This document shows positions 26,220 to 35,830 of a stretch of 64,000 bases of DNA, piece by piece. Each line of letters opens with the position of its first letter. The first letter of the stretch is position 1. Below the pieces are notes generated by a model. The model had not been told where the DNA came from. It did no database searches and saw only the letters and a list, made by a program, of their open reading frames with translations. The stretch lies in the sequence record MT612989.1. One strand, given 5' to 3'. The position numbers were made by a program, and so were the translations under genes.

Positions 26220-27599
26220 CTATTCTTGTTCTTTGAAAGCTGGGAATTCAGCAGTTGTACCGCGACGAATACGCATAGATGGTAGCTTGTCAATATGACT
26301 TGCGTGCCATCGCTGATATGCAGCAACGTCTTTCACATCAAGTAGTTTGTCTAAAACGTCTAGACGACGAATCGCAGACCATTTCTTAAACCCTTCTTGC
26401 GGTTCTTTTTCTTCTACAACCCCGCCGAAGAATGATGATAAGTCAACTGCTTTCGGTGTATTCAAGTCAAGAGTTTCGGAGATGATTGCTTGGAAATTAT
26501 TGACTTGTGATAAGATTATACACATATTACAAGCAACTTCAAACACAATATCTTCGTCTGTCATCGTTTCTTTGTCGAGTTCTTTCAACCACAATCGTGT
26601 TGCGAACTCCTTGAACTCTTCTTTACCCCGCGGTAATACATGACCGAAACGACCCCACACTTCATCTAGCATTTCATCTAGTTCACGCGACGGTAATTTC
26701 TTACCATCTTTAAAGATACCGTGACCTGAGATCTTACGACGACGACCGAGCTTATCTGTGTATTCACGATTGGTTAAACAACCAGTGTGAGTTGATGAGT
26801 CGTAGCTAATGTGAAAATCGTCACCGAAATAACCGCTTCTGATAAGAGCTACAGCAGGCAACAATCGCTTAACAGAACCGACACCTAGCATATGCACAGA
26901 TTTCTTTGCTTTATCTGGGATATTGAGCTTCGGAATGACACTCATCATGTCAATAGACTCACGCACGCCATTACCAATACATGTATCGGCAGCAGCACAA
27001 CCAGCAATGTGATGCTCAACGCCTTCAAGTTGTGACATTATACCATCACTAAATGCCTTAAAGTCATCGTCTGAGTTGCCTTGTAAGATTATGTACGGTT
27101 TACAATCGCTTTCTTTCTCAAGATATGTTTCAATCTGAGCGCGTATGTTCTTACCTGTTTTAACACCGTATTTGTACGCTAGATCATACATGAAGACCTT
27201 GTCTTTCGTGTTGATACGAGCAGAACCACCACCTTGTGCTTCATTGTGCAACGGGATTTCATCGAAACACATGCCAATATCACCAGACTCTGCTTGATTC
27301 TCGTAAACTGCTTTACGAAGTTCTGGTGTATTCTCTAGACCTAAGTTAACAATCTGAAGACCGCCAGAATCGACATGAATCTTGTATACAGAATCACCGA
27401 ACAAGTCTTTAATTTGCTTACCGACTTTCTTTTCAGTGTATGCGTTATACAACATACTGATTTTATGAACACCGTCGAGATCTTGTGCTGTGTCTAGTAT
27501 TTTACGCAAATAGGACGTGTCAACCACGTCCATTAGTTTATGTGCTGCACCAAGACGAGCATGACCCGTCGCAGACATAACGTATTCAATTATCATCAA
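26220..27599 (-). CDS. TGT-like 7-deazaguanine transglycosylase (DpdA/DpdA2-like)
   Basis: VDSGGLQ, CFDEIP, IILQG, HMLGVG, SYDSST match TGT TIM-barrel motifs; embedded in the que cluster. Confidence 0.78.
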   Translation of the reverse strand: MMIIEYVMSATGHARLGAAHKLMDVVDTSYLRKILDTAQDLDGVHKISMLYNAYTEKKVGKQIKDLFGDSVYKIHVDSGGLQIVNLGLENTPELRKAVYENQAESGDIGMCFDEIPLHNEAQGGGSARINTKDKVFMYDLAYKYGVKTGKNIRAQIETYLEKESDCKPYIILQGNSDDDFKAFSDGIMSQLEGVEHHIAGCAAADTCIGNGVRESIDMMSVIPKLNIPDKAKKSVHMLGVGSVKRLLPAVALIRSGYFGDDFHISYDSSTHTGCLTNREYTDKLGRRRKISGHGIFKDGKKLPSRELDEMLDEVWGRFGHVLPRGKEEFKEFATRLWLKELDKETMTDEDIVFEVACNMCIILSQVNNFQAIISETLDLNTPKAVDLSSFFGGVVEEKEPQEGFKKWSAIRRLDVLDKLLDVKDVAAYQRWHASHIDKLPSMRIRRGTTAEFPAFKEQE

Positions 27600-28268
27600 T
27601 TACCCTCGTGCTAGAGACATGAATTCGGCGCGTGCTTCTGGTTCGGTACGAAATGCACCTGATAGGTGACTTGTAACAGTGCTTGAGTTGTTGTCTTCAA
27701 CACCGCGTGCCTTGACGCAATAGTGTTTTGCGTCGATCAATACTGCCACGTCTTCAGTTTCAAGAATGAACTTCAGTGCTTCAGCGATTTGAACAGTCAA
27801 ACGCTCTTGAATCTGTGGGCGTCGAGCAAAGTACTCGACGATGCGATTCATCTTAGAAAGACCAAGTACTTTCTTATTTGGGATATATGCAACTGTTGCA
27901 AAGCCGTCGATTGTTACGATGTGATGCTCACATTGTGAAAGAACAGTAATGCCTTTTTCACAAACCATCTGATCGTAGTTCATTTTGTTGTCTACAGCAG
28001 TACATTTAGGGAACATATCTGGTGATAGACCGCTCATGAGTTCATTGACCATCATCTTAGCCCAACGCTTCGGTGTATCAACAAGCGAATCGTCAGTAAG
28101 GTCAAGACCTAGAGCTTGCATGATGTCAGTGAATCGATCTTCAAGAATTACTTTCTTTTCATCATCAGTTAGACCGTTTTCAACAGTCGGCGTGTGCATT
28201 CCGATTTCACGAAGATGCGCTTCAACTTTTTGTCCAAGAATTGGATCTACTTTATTTTTGTCTAACAT
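27600..28268 (-). CDS. folE: GTP cyclohydrolase I
   Basis: TPKRWAKM, SQCEHH, GLSKMNR, RPQIQERLT, HYCVKARGV. Confidence 0.96.
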   Translation of the reverse strand: MLDKNKVDPILGQKVEAHLREIGMHTPTVENGLTDDEKKVILEDRFTDIMQALGLDLTDDSLVDTPKRWAKMMVNELMSGLSPDMFPKCTAVDNKMNYDQMVCEKGITVLSQCEHHIVTIDGFATVAYIPNKKVLGLSKMNRIVEYFARRPQIQERLTVQIAEALKFILETEDVAVLIDAKHYCVKARGVEDNNSSTVTSHLSGAFRTEPEARAEFMSLARG

Positions 28269-28299
28269 TCTATTTCCTCTTAGTCAGAAAACAATAATA

Positions 28300-28317
28300 G
28301 CACGCCGAAGCGTGCTA
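28300..28317 (-). terminator. cUUCGg hairpin between queD and folE
   Basis: AGCACGC-TTCG-GCGTGCT. Confidence 0.55.
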
Positions 28318-28335
28318 CTAAACATTAATTGTTGA

Positions 28336-29268
28336 TTACTTATAGAGTAATTCTTTGTTGATTTTGATGTCAACGACTGCGCCTTTCGAAAGACCTTCAG
28401 ATACCCATACACGCTGTACACCCATACGCTGAAACTCGTCTTCGTATGTTTTTGCAATGTAGTTCGCGAGATTTTCAACTGTAGTTTCAGTGTTGATTAC
28501 GATTGTTTCTTCTGAATCGATGTTCAAATAGAAATTACCACGCTGTGAACAATACGCTACCGCACCTTCCGCAGTTAGATTGTCGTTCCATACGATGTAG
28601 CCGCTCATTTCTTCAGCAATGCGCTCCAGTACTTTGCGACCACGACTGTTTAACATGGCATCAACTGCAATGAACGAACGATGTCCATGTGCAATGTTCT
28701 GACACCCATAAGAAGAGCTAGAACGCAAGCCATGAGCGTAATGAAATGAAACGTGCGTGTTTGCCCATGATGGCAAGTCAAAGCTCTCTGAAAGCTCTAC
28801 AGTGACGTGTGTGACCGGATAGCCTTGTAGTTTAAGCTGCTTCAGCAACATATTTTCAAGATACTCGGTTAGATAGTTCATGTACAGCGTATCCGACGGG
28901 ATGTGAAGATCAGTATCGAATAGCGATACATCGACGATCTCTTGATACCAGTCATTGACAGACGAAACAGCAGTGAATAACGGAGAGTCGATTTGTGTAC
29001 GGTCACGATTTTCAATATCGCTTAACACATATTCACTGTATCCGTTGACAAGAACTAGACGGTGATCAATTGCGTGTTCAGATTCGTCTACTAACTGCTT
29101 GATCGCTTTCTTGCAACCGCTGAAGTCAATTACGACTTGCTCAGTTTCATCTACTTCGCCGGTGATTTCAACACATAGATTGTAACTCATACCGTTAATT
29201 TTACCGTTTTCATCAACGTATGCGTGATCGATGCATGTGATGTTGTTTAAAAACATTGTACTTTTCAT
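28336..29268 (-). CDS. queD: QueD-like 6-carboxytetrahydropterin synthase (long, tandem T-fold type)
   Basis: IDHAY, VVIDFS..K, DHRLV, HYAHGL, AHGHRS, TTVENLA, EGLSKG. Confidence 0.8.
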   Translation of the reverse strand: MKSTMFLNNITCIDHAYVDENGKINGMSYNLCVEITGEVDETEQVVIDFSGCKKAIKQLVDESEHAIDHRLVLVNGYSEYVLSDIENRDRTQIDSPLFTAVSSVNDWYQEIVDVSLFDTDLHIPSDTLYMNYLTEYLENMLLKQLKLQGYPVTHVTVELSESFDLPSWANTHVSFHYAHGLRSSSSYGCQNIAHGHRSFIAVDAMLNSRGRKVLERIAEEMSGYIVWNDNLTAEGAVAYCSQRGNFYLNIDSEETIVINTETTVENLANYIAKTYEDEFQRMGVQRVWVSEGLSKGAVVDIKINKELLYK

Positions 29269-29292
29269 ATGTTTCTCTCTTGTTAAAGCTCT

Positions 29293-29321
29293 ATTATAAG
29301 TCCGAATTACTTATATTAAAC
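29293..29321 (-). promoter_or_regulatory. Promoter of the que cluster
   Basis: GTTTAA-N17-TATAAT. Confidence 0.65.
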
Positions 29322-29322
29322 A

Positions 29323-29775
29323 TTATTCGTCTTCGAACATAATAACTTTCACACCACGAGCATCTAGCCAATGCCACCAATCGGGTTGTGAACCGCTGTA
29401 AATCGAACCTACAATGAGAATTTTGATACCAGCCGCGACTATCAGCTTGGCACAGTTATGACACGGCGACGTTGTAACATACATAGTCGCGCCTTCAGTA
29501 GATATGCCAGCGCGTGCAGCGTAGCAAATCGCGTTTTGTTCCGCATGTATCTCGTGAATTTCTGACCATTGACGGTGAGTTAAATCACCGAAGTCATCGG
29601 TATCTTTACAGTGAAGCATACCTGACGGTGTACCATTGTAACCGTGTGAGATAATACGATCATTCTTGACGATGACAGCACCTACTTGCTTCTGTGTGCA
29701 GGTGCTTTTCTTAGCAAATGACTTGGCGATGTCAAGATACACCAAGTCATAATAGCTTTTGTTCTTCGGGAACAT
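29323..29775 (-). CDS. cd: dCMP deaminase
   Basis: QVGAVIV, GYNGTP, HAEQNAI, SPCHNCAK. Confidence 0.93.
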   Translation of the reverse strand: MFPKNKSYYDLVYLDIAKSFAKKSTCTQKQVGAVIVKNDRIISHGYNGTPSGMLHCKDTDDFGDLTHRQWSEIHEIHAEQNAICYAARAGISTEGATMYVTTSPCHNCAKLIVAAGIKILIVGSIYSGSQPDWWHWLDARGVKVIMFEDE

Positions 29776-30092
29776 TACGATAACAGAGCAGCTTTAACTA
29801 GTTCATCAAACTTCGCATCAGCTTTCTTTACGTAAACTGGTGCGTTGATTGTGTTGAAGTCAGCAAGAGCAACAGCAGATAGGTTACGAATGTGGTATAC
29901 TGCGTTGCGCGTCTCTGCGTATACTTTGTTGTCGATTACTTTGAATGATTCAATCGGCGCAGTTAATGCGTGCTCGCCTTGCTCATGACCAACCATTGAA
30001 TTGAAGAAACGACCTTTGATGCGATTCGTCTCAACGAATTCTTTAGAAGTAAGTTCGATTGCAGCAGTGAAGTTAACGTTGAATGTAGTCAT
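29775..30092 (-). CDS. Hypothetical protein (likely paralogue of 30154..30453)
   Basis: Shared G...H...G..(L/M)T..(I/V)...VYA.T...Y pattern. Confidence 0.7.
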   Translation of the reverse strand: MTTFNVNFTAAIELTSKEFVETNRIKGRFFNSMVGHEQGEHALTAPIESFKVIDNKVYAETRNAVYHIRNLSAVALADFNTINAPVYVKKADAKFDELVKAALLS

Positions 30093-30153
30093 AATATATT
30101 TCTCTCAAAAAGTAATCAAAAATAGTGAATTCGTTTGTATTAAAGCAGAATTT

Positions 30154-30453
30154 CTAGTTGTTGTAAAGCGGAATGTTAATACCGCGTTCAGCAGCGTCTT
30201 TAATCATTTGCGTAATCTCGTCAAAAGACACGTTGGTTAGTTGATAACGACTCTTAGAGTGCGTCACAGCATACACAATACCGCCATTGATTTCAACATA
30301 CATGACATTAGAAGTCATGATTTCGCCTGCGTCATTGAATCGCTCGATTGAGTGACCGCTTGCTTGACCAACTAGAATGTGAGTTTTATTCGGGTTGAAC
30401 CCTGTGTTCACAAACTGCTTCATTGATAGTTCTAACTTACCAGTAATATCCAT
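30154..30453 (-). CDS. Hypothetical protein
   Basis: ORF track; GAGG RBS. Confidence 0.7.
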   Translation of the reverse strand: MDITGKLELSMKQFVNTGFNPNKTHILVGQASGHSIERFNDAGEIMTSNVMYVEINGGIVYAVTHSKSRYQLTNVSFDEITQMIKDAAERGINIPLYNN

Positions 30454-30465
30454 GTTTGTTACCTC

Positions 30466-30660
30466 TTAAAATTCGATGTTTGATGCTTGAACTGTCTGAA
30501 CAGCACCGATTTTAGCAGGTTTGCCGAAACAGTCAACACCGCCTGTGATTCTAACAGTGTAGTTGTCTTTGTTACCAAGACGGTTTACTGAGTTTTCGTC
30601 GTGTGAAACGATTTCAACTTCAGTGTATTTGCCAAAACCTTGATTGATGCGTGCTTTCAT
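30466..30660 (-). CDS. Hypothetical protein
   Basis: First gene after promoter. Confidence 0.7.
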   Translation of the reverse strand: MKARINQGFGKYTEVEIVSHDENSVNRLGNKDNYTVRITGGVDCFGKPAKIGAVQTVQASNIEF

Positions 30661-30679
30661 AATGTTCTCTCTTTGTTAG

Positions 30680-30733
30680 TAGTCGATGTCGTTTCGATGT
30701 AGCTATAATAGGCGTTTCGTGAAATTCATGCAA
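30680..30733 (-). promoter_or_regulatory. Early promoter and conserved leader
   Basis: TTGCAT-N17-TATTAT; 30680-30710 is identical to 45404-45434. Confidence 0.8.
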
Positions 30734-30754
30734 CCGTTTTTTTGCTCTAAAACG

Positions 30755-30779
30755 AAAAAAGGTAGCCGAAGCTACCTTT
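30755..30779 (-). terminator. Intrinsic terminator (cUUCGg loop)
   Basis: GGTAGC-TTCG-GCTACC-TTTTTT. Confidence 0.85.
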
Positions 30780-30785
30780 CTGTAT

Positions 30786-31661
30786 TTAAGCACCAATTCG
30801 TTCTAACGTTGCTTGACTCAATTTCGAATCACTTTGGGCTTCAAGAGAACTAACATCACTCCAAACGGTGATCTCATTTCCATTGATTACCCAGATCTTA
30901 CCAGAAATCATTGCTATACGTTGCTCATCATCGTAGAAAAGCTCGTCTTCAGGTTCATAATACCACTCTAACGGGTAAAATGATTTATACCAAGCAACAT
31001 CATCATTGATGCTACCTGCCGAAAGTTCAACAATACCAGCTTCGATGTTTAACGAGTGACCGCCACGAAGATACCAAATACCATCACCACCCGTTACTTT
31101 AACAATAGCAGCGTCGTTGATTGTAGGTAAATCGAGCAATTCAGTTCCCATTTCTGTATCATAACCAGTCGGGTTATCAGTGTAAACAGGCTTTGGGTCT
31201 TCAATAGGAACGATTCGTTCCATCACGAATGACGCACCTTCAGATTCATTTGATACTCTCAATTTGAAACCTAAATCTTTGGCAAATCGTTCAGCCATTC
31301 TTTTGTATAATCGAGTACGCTTACGGGAATCAGAACGATTTGTGTCATTAAATGCTGCGAATGTGATTCGATTTACGATGTTGTTTTGCATCACGTGCTT
31401 AATTTCAGAAATAACCGTGGCGAAAACAGTCATCGCGTCTTTAGAATCACCCTTTGCTAGGCTGTAATTGTAAGACATTGCACCCGCTGGCTTATGCATA
31501 AAATCCACGCCTAGAGCTTTGCGATCTTCTTCATAATACAGACCAATCATATACTCAGCGCCGTCTATTTCGAAGTAACTCTGATTACCACGTCGTGCTG
31601 TTATGGGTGCAGCGCGGTTAAACGCTTCTGTTAGCTCGTTTTGATATTCGCTAAATTTCAT
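30786..31661 (-). CDS. Putative internal (capsid-packaged) protein, paralogue A
   Basis: MKFSEYQNELTE leader; domain shared with 31663 and 40346. Confidence 0.75.
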   Translation of the reverse strand: MKFSEYQNELTEAFNRAAPITARRGNQSYFEIDGAEYMIGLYYEEDRKALGVDFMHKPAGAMSYNYSLAKGDSKDAMTVFATVISEIKHVMQNNIVNRITFAAFNDTNRSDSRKRTRLYKRMAERFAKDLGFKLRVSNESEGASFVMERIVPIEDPKPVYTDNPTGYDTEMGTELLDLPTINDAAIVKVTGGDGIWYLRGGHSLNIEAGIVELSAGSINDDVAWYKSFYPLEWYYEPEDELFYDDEQRIAMISGKIWVINGNEITVWSDVSSLEAQSDSKLSQATLERIGA

Positions 31662-31662
31662 T

Positions 31663-32583
31663 TTAAGATTCCATTATTTCTGGGTTTAACCACGGCGCAT
31701 CGAATGCATTCACGTATTTGGTAAACGCTGCATCGTCGGTGTATATTTTTAGACTTGTTTGACTAGTCAAGACGATATAGAAGTTCTTGAATGCACCAAC
31801 CAGATATGTTCTATCTTCTTCGGGACCCTCGCCATAGTCGAAAATTGGGTGCTGTAGTGCTGCTAACCAACCTTCCCTGTCCGACATTTCATACACAACG
31901 CGATTTACACGTAACCTAGCTGCAATTTCGTCAGCCGCTTTTACAACTGCACGACCTTGCCCTAGAACACCACTAATCATCGAACCATCTTCAACTTCAA
32001 ACGCTCTTACAAATGCATATGCATTGGCGTGAGATAAATTAACTTCAACATGGTCGCTATGTTCTTCAAACCCGACTGGACGACGTGCTCGACGTGAAAA
32101 GTCATCTACACGTTGTTGATAACCCACATCATACACAATGAATTCACGACCTACGTTTCTGTAATCATACTGAGGGAATTCTCTAAGTTTCGCCTTTGTC
32201 ATGATCTTATACAGTCTGAGACGTTTATCTGCATCACGCTGATCAGCGTCATTGAACGCGCTATATGTTATTTGAGCAGGTGAATTGTCTCTAACAAAAC
32301 TGAAAATAGCATCGACAACCGTTGATAATACGATACGAGCTGTTTTATCATCTTTCTTAGTTAGATTATAACCACTACCATCAAGAGCTTTGAACGACAC
32401 CTCAGCCTTCATAGACTTCATCCCGTTCGGTTCACGTATAATACCTTTCTGAATGTCTATTTCATAATAAACACCATCAACTTGAAACGCATACACGTTT
32501 AAATTTGGTAACTCTCGGACGAGTTTATATTTCGCAGGGCGATCTAACGACTCGTTGAGTCTTTGATATTCGCTAAATTTCAC
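31663..32583 (-). CDS. Putative internal (capsid-packaged) protein, paralogue B
   Basis: GTG start, MKFSEYQRLNE leader; SAFNDADQRDADKRLRLYK parallels AAFNDTNRSDSRKRTRLYK. Confidence 0.75.
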   Translation of the reverse strand: MKFSEYQRLNESLDRPAKYKLVRELPNLNVYAFQVDGVYYEIDIQKGIIREPNGMKSMKAEVSFKALDGSGYNLTKKDDKTARIVLSTVVDAIFSFVRDNSPAQITYSAFNDADQRDADKRLRLYKIMTKAKLREFPQYDYRNVGREFIVYDVGYQQRVDDFSRRARRPVGFEEHSDHVEVNLSHANAYAFVRAFEVEDGSMISGVLGQGRAVVKAADEIAARLRVNRVVYEMSDREGWLAALQHPIFDYGEGPEEDRTYLVGAFKNFYIVLTSQTSLKIYTDDAAFTKYVNAFDAPWLNPEIMES

Positions 32584-32873
32584 TCTAAAAATTCCCCGTC
32601 TGGTATCGTGTCTTTGTCGATATTACCATTCAATGGTAGATCATCATCAAGACCGACATCTATTGATTTTAAATGTATTTCTAAGTCGTCGATTGATTGT
32701 TCAGTATAGAGGTACTTGCTTCTGTAATCGAAAAATGAGTAGCAATCTTCAGTGTATTCTACTTTCAAAATCGTTTCATGACCTGCATGAACATATACTA
32801 CGGGGTCGCCGAACGCGCTAATATCCGTATAACTCATCTTCGTGTTTTTCAATAATGCAATTGCTTCTCTCAT
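32580..32873 (-). CDS. Hypothetical acidic protein
   Basis: ORF track. Confidence 0.65.
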   Translation of the reverse strand: MREAIALLKNTKMSYTDISAFGDPVVYVHAGHETILKVEYTEDCYSFFDYRSKYLYTEQSIDDLEIHLKSIDVGLDDDLPLNGNIDKDTIPDGEFLE

Positions 32874-32876
32874 AGA

Positions 32877-33161
32877 TTAACCTATAAAATTGTTTAATGG
32901 GCTGCTCAATCTATCAAGTTCTTCTAGTATTACATCACCATGACACGCTTTAGGCTTACAATGACAACCGAGAATCTTTCCTTTTAGTTGCATAAACTGC
33001 TTTTTAAATTCGTCGTCTTGTAATTGAATGCGTAACCACTCGCGATAAAGCTCAATAACTTCGCTTCGAGTGCCGTCAATCCCTGATTTAAATGGGTTCC
33101 CAAACGGGGTGCCGCGACCAATGTACACATCAAAAGAATGATGAGCAATGTTAACTATCAT
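32877..33161 (-). CDS. DUF4326-family protein
   Basis: DVYIGRGTPFGNPF, LGCHCKPKACHGDV. Confidence 0.8.
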   Translation of the reverse strand: MIVNIAHHSFDVYIGRGTPFGNPFKSGIDGTRSEVIELYREWLRIQLQDDEFKKQFMQLKGKILGCHCKPKACHGDVILEELDRLSSPLNNFIG

Positions 33162-33477
33162 TATTTAGCACCACTCTAAACCCAACACCGTGAATGACAT
33201 TAACACAATCAACAAGACTACCGACAATCGGCACTGCTTTAACTTCAGCACGCTCGTAACCTGCGTATCGTACAAGCTGAAGAACAACCTTTTCATCACA
33301 ATCTTTGTACATCGTGTAAGAACCGACTAAGAAGAGGTCATTGTCATCGGCTATATTGTTGATGATCTCTCTTCGAGCGTATCTAGCTGCTTGCGTGCGC
33401 ATATAACGCTCGAAATCACCATTATCGTTTTTCATTCTATTGATTTGTCGTCTCATAATAACCTCAAAAAGCGCCAT
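33151..33477 (-). CDS. Hypothetical protein
   Basis: ORF track. Confidence 0.6.
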   Translation of the reverse strand: MALFEVIMRRQINRMKNDNGDFERYMRTQAARYARREIINNIADDNDLFLVGSYTMYKDCDEKVVLQLVRYAGYERAEVKAVPIVGSLVDCVNVIHGVGFRVVLNNDS

Positions 33478-33485
33478 AAAGGCGC

Positions 33486-33665
33486 TTACTGTTCTGAATA
33501 TCTAACACCTTTGAGAAATGCCTCAAGGCAATATTCATTATACGATTCGTAAACAACTTGACCGTTGTCTTTTATCTGCCATAGTGATTGATTGTGTTCG
33601 TCAATTTCTTCGTTCAGAATGAACCCTTGACGTTCAACCATATCTCGTATTTCATGCTTTCTCAT
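33486..33665 (-). CDS. Hypothetical protein (59 aa, not in ORF track)
   Basis: MRKHEIRDMVERQGFILNEEIDEH...; GAGG RBS. Confidence 0.6.
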   Translation of the reverse strand: MRKHEIRDMVERQGFILNEEIDEHNQSLWQIKDNGQVVYESYNEYCLEAFLKGVRYSEQ

Positions 33666-33710
33666 AATAACCTCGTTTTAGAGTGGCGACTCAAGCCGCC
33701 ACTATTTTAA

Positions 33711-35087
33711 TTAAAGGACTCGACCACCACAGTGTTCGCCTTTCTCTAGTTTAGTACGTACATATGGAATACGTTCTTCACTCAGATCTTTCCAGTATTG
33801 ATCAGTGTTCGGTGTTGTGCTGTGACCGTAACCGTAGTTGTGACCGATTTCGTGCAAGAATACACGAGTGTTGTGGTCATAGTTTGCAAGATCATACATC
33901 TTAGATTCAGTCTTGGTGTTTGCAGCCCATGCGAAAATCGCAAAGGTTGTGTGCTCGTCGTATGACGGTGCAACGCCGTAGATTGAAGTTACCCCACCTG
34001 TATAACCAGGTGAAGGCAAGTAACCTTCATCACCAGTCATGATCATATTCGCACGACATGACTCAAAGTTGTTATTGAACCCTGCGTATGCTTTCATCGA
34101 CGCGCTTACTAATGCGTTTTCACGCTGCATCTTCAAGATCTCAATAGCACGCACTGAACTGTATTCATACAGTGGAATACGACCTTCCAAGTGAGGGAAG
34201 TTTCTCAGGTCATCAGTCTGCGGTGAGTAAGTCTGATATAGACCAGAACTGTTACCAGTCAGAATCGGTTCAATTAAGCCTAGTTTGTAACCAACCTGTA
34301 CTGAGTTCGAGTTCACTTGTTTTTGCCATGTTTCCCACCACTTCGGGTCTGCCATGTGGAAGTATGATAGATTACCATCACCACCCATCCCCGGGATTAA
34401 TGTCGCGTTCACCATCAAGTACGGACGGTCAAACGTCTTATTCGCTTGATCAATCGATGTCTTGATGCTTGATAGATCTTCAGTTGTGTGTAACCAGTTC
34501 AACGCTTTAATCCAGAAGCCTGCCAGATCACCACCGTAGTTCATGTCGTTAACTGTGTAACATACACGTTTACCGAGCTGATAACGACAGCTCTCGCGGC
34601 GTAAGTTAGCCCAACCCACATCAAGCGAGCCGTTTACATCAAACTTGCTTGAGTCTGCATTCATGCGAAGCGTGTATTCAAAGCCGTTATCAAAACATGC
34701 GCTACCTGATACAGAACATGCCCACTTCAATGGTGCCATAGCAAGTGTACTAAGAGCACGCATATCATCACTTGGTGACATTGTACGCATGTCTGTTGAA
34801 TCTTTCCAGAACCCGTAACCGTTACTGTCCATCGAAATGTAAGTGCTATTGACGGTCTGACTGATTTCACCGGTTTTCTTATACTCAGCGTCAGCTTCTT
34901 GCATCGCGCTGTTTAACCAGGTACGTAACACTGAGTTGTGATAACCGTTCGTCATATGAGGGAACGTGAACTCAGTTGTGAAAGGACTCGGTGTTTCGAC
35001 ACCTTCAGCCGGTAGTCCCGTGAATGTAGCCGCTGTCGTTGACGCAGTAGAACATAACAATGCTAATGAAAGCCAAAGTTTTTTCAT
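33711..35087 (-). CDS. Secreted zinc metalloprotease (metzincin motif)
   Basis: Signal peptide MKKLWLSLALLCSTASTTAA; HEIGHNYGYGH = HExxHxxGxxH. Confidence 0.8.
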   Translation of the reverse strand: MKKLWLSLALLCSTASTTAATFTGLPAEGVETPSPFTTEFTFPHMTNGYHNSVLRTWLNSAMQEADAEYKKTGEISQTVNSTYISMDSNGYGFWKDSTDMRTMSPSDDMRALSTLAMAPLKWACSVSGSACFDNGFEYTLRMNADSSKFDVNGSLDVGWANLRRESCRYQLGKRVCYTVNDMNYGGDLAGFWIKALNWLHTTEDLSSIKTSIDQANKTFDRPYLMVNATLIPGMGGDGNLSYFHMADPKWWETWQKQVNSNSVQVGYKLGLIEPILTGNSSGLYQTYSPQTDDLRNFPHLEGRIPLYEYSSVRAIEILKMQRENALVSASMKAYAGFNNNFESCRANMIMTGDEGYLPSPGYTGGVTSIYGVAPSYDEHTTFAIFAWAANTKTESKMYDLANYDHNTRVFLHEIGHNYGYGHSTTPNTDQYWKDLSEERIPYVRTKLEKGEHCGGRVL

Positions 35088-35162
35088 TTTATACCTATAT
35101 TTTTAAGTTTTATTTTTATCTGTACAACCTAACCAGACGTGAATTGCAGTACATCGCTGCAA

Positions 35163-35210
35163 TGTGAAACTAGTATAGCATCATGTCGTTGATATTAAAC
35201 TAGTTTCACA
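35163..35210 (-). promoter_or_regulatory. Promoter bracketed by a perfect 12-bp inverted repeat
   Basis: TGTGAAACTAGT (35163-35174) / ACTAGTTTCACA (35199-35210); GTTTAA-N17-TATACT. Confidence 0.7.
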
Positions 35211-35216
35211 ATCTTT

Positions 35217-35498
35217 TTAAATTCGTTTACCCCATTCAGAGAAGTCACGACCAGTCCAAATGAACTCGCGGTTGGTCAACTCTTCGATAGCTTTTTGAGT
35301 TGGTTCGAATGTAAATACGTCACCGATATATTCATAGCCGTACTTCGCTTTTGCTGCAATTTCTCGCATTTCAGCACCTTTTTTCAGCACTTCAGCTTCG
35401 CTTTTCGCGATGATGTAACCATCTGGTCGAGTGCCCCAACCATGCTCAACTTCAGTTACAAGTGCACCGTAACAGACAATCTTTGTTTCAAAACTCAT
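35217..35498 (-). CDS. Hypothetical protein
   Basis: TEVEHGWGTRPDG motif. Confidence 0.7.
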   Translation of the reverse strand: MSFETKIVCYGALVTEVEHGWGTRPDGYIIAKSEAEVLKKGAEMREIAAKAKYGYEYIGDVFTFEPTQKAIEELTNREFIWTGRDFSEWGKRI

Positions 35499-35830
35499 GA
35501 TAAACCTCTTACTTTGATGTTTTCATACACAGGCGCGACTTTTTCAAACACGACTGATTTAATCGTTGGTTGATTGTTGTCGATGTTAATCGCATTGATG
35601 AACGCAACTATACCGTCAATCGTGTTGAATTCCATTGATTCGAACCCAATCACATAACGACATTTCACTAGACGCCATTTGCCTTGCTTTTCAAGTGCAA
35701 TGTAGTTCGATTGGCATGCTTTAGACAACCCCATACCCGATAGATCATAATCTTCGTCTCTCAACGTAGTATCAGCTACGATTGCAGTGCGTGGGTTTTG
35801 ATAATCAACATATAATACAATTTGTTGCAT
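35495..35830 (-). CDS. Hypothetical protein
   Basis: ORF track. Confidence 0.7.
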   Translation of the reverse strand: MQQIVLYVDYQNPRTAIVADTTLRDEDYDLSGMGLSKACQSNYIALEKQGKWRLVKCRYVIGFESMEFNTIDGIVAFINAINIDNNQPTIKSVVFEKVAPVYENIKVRGLS

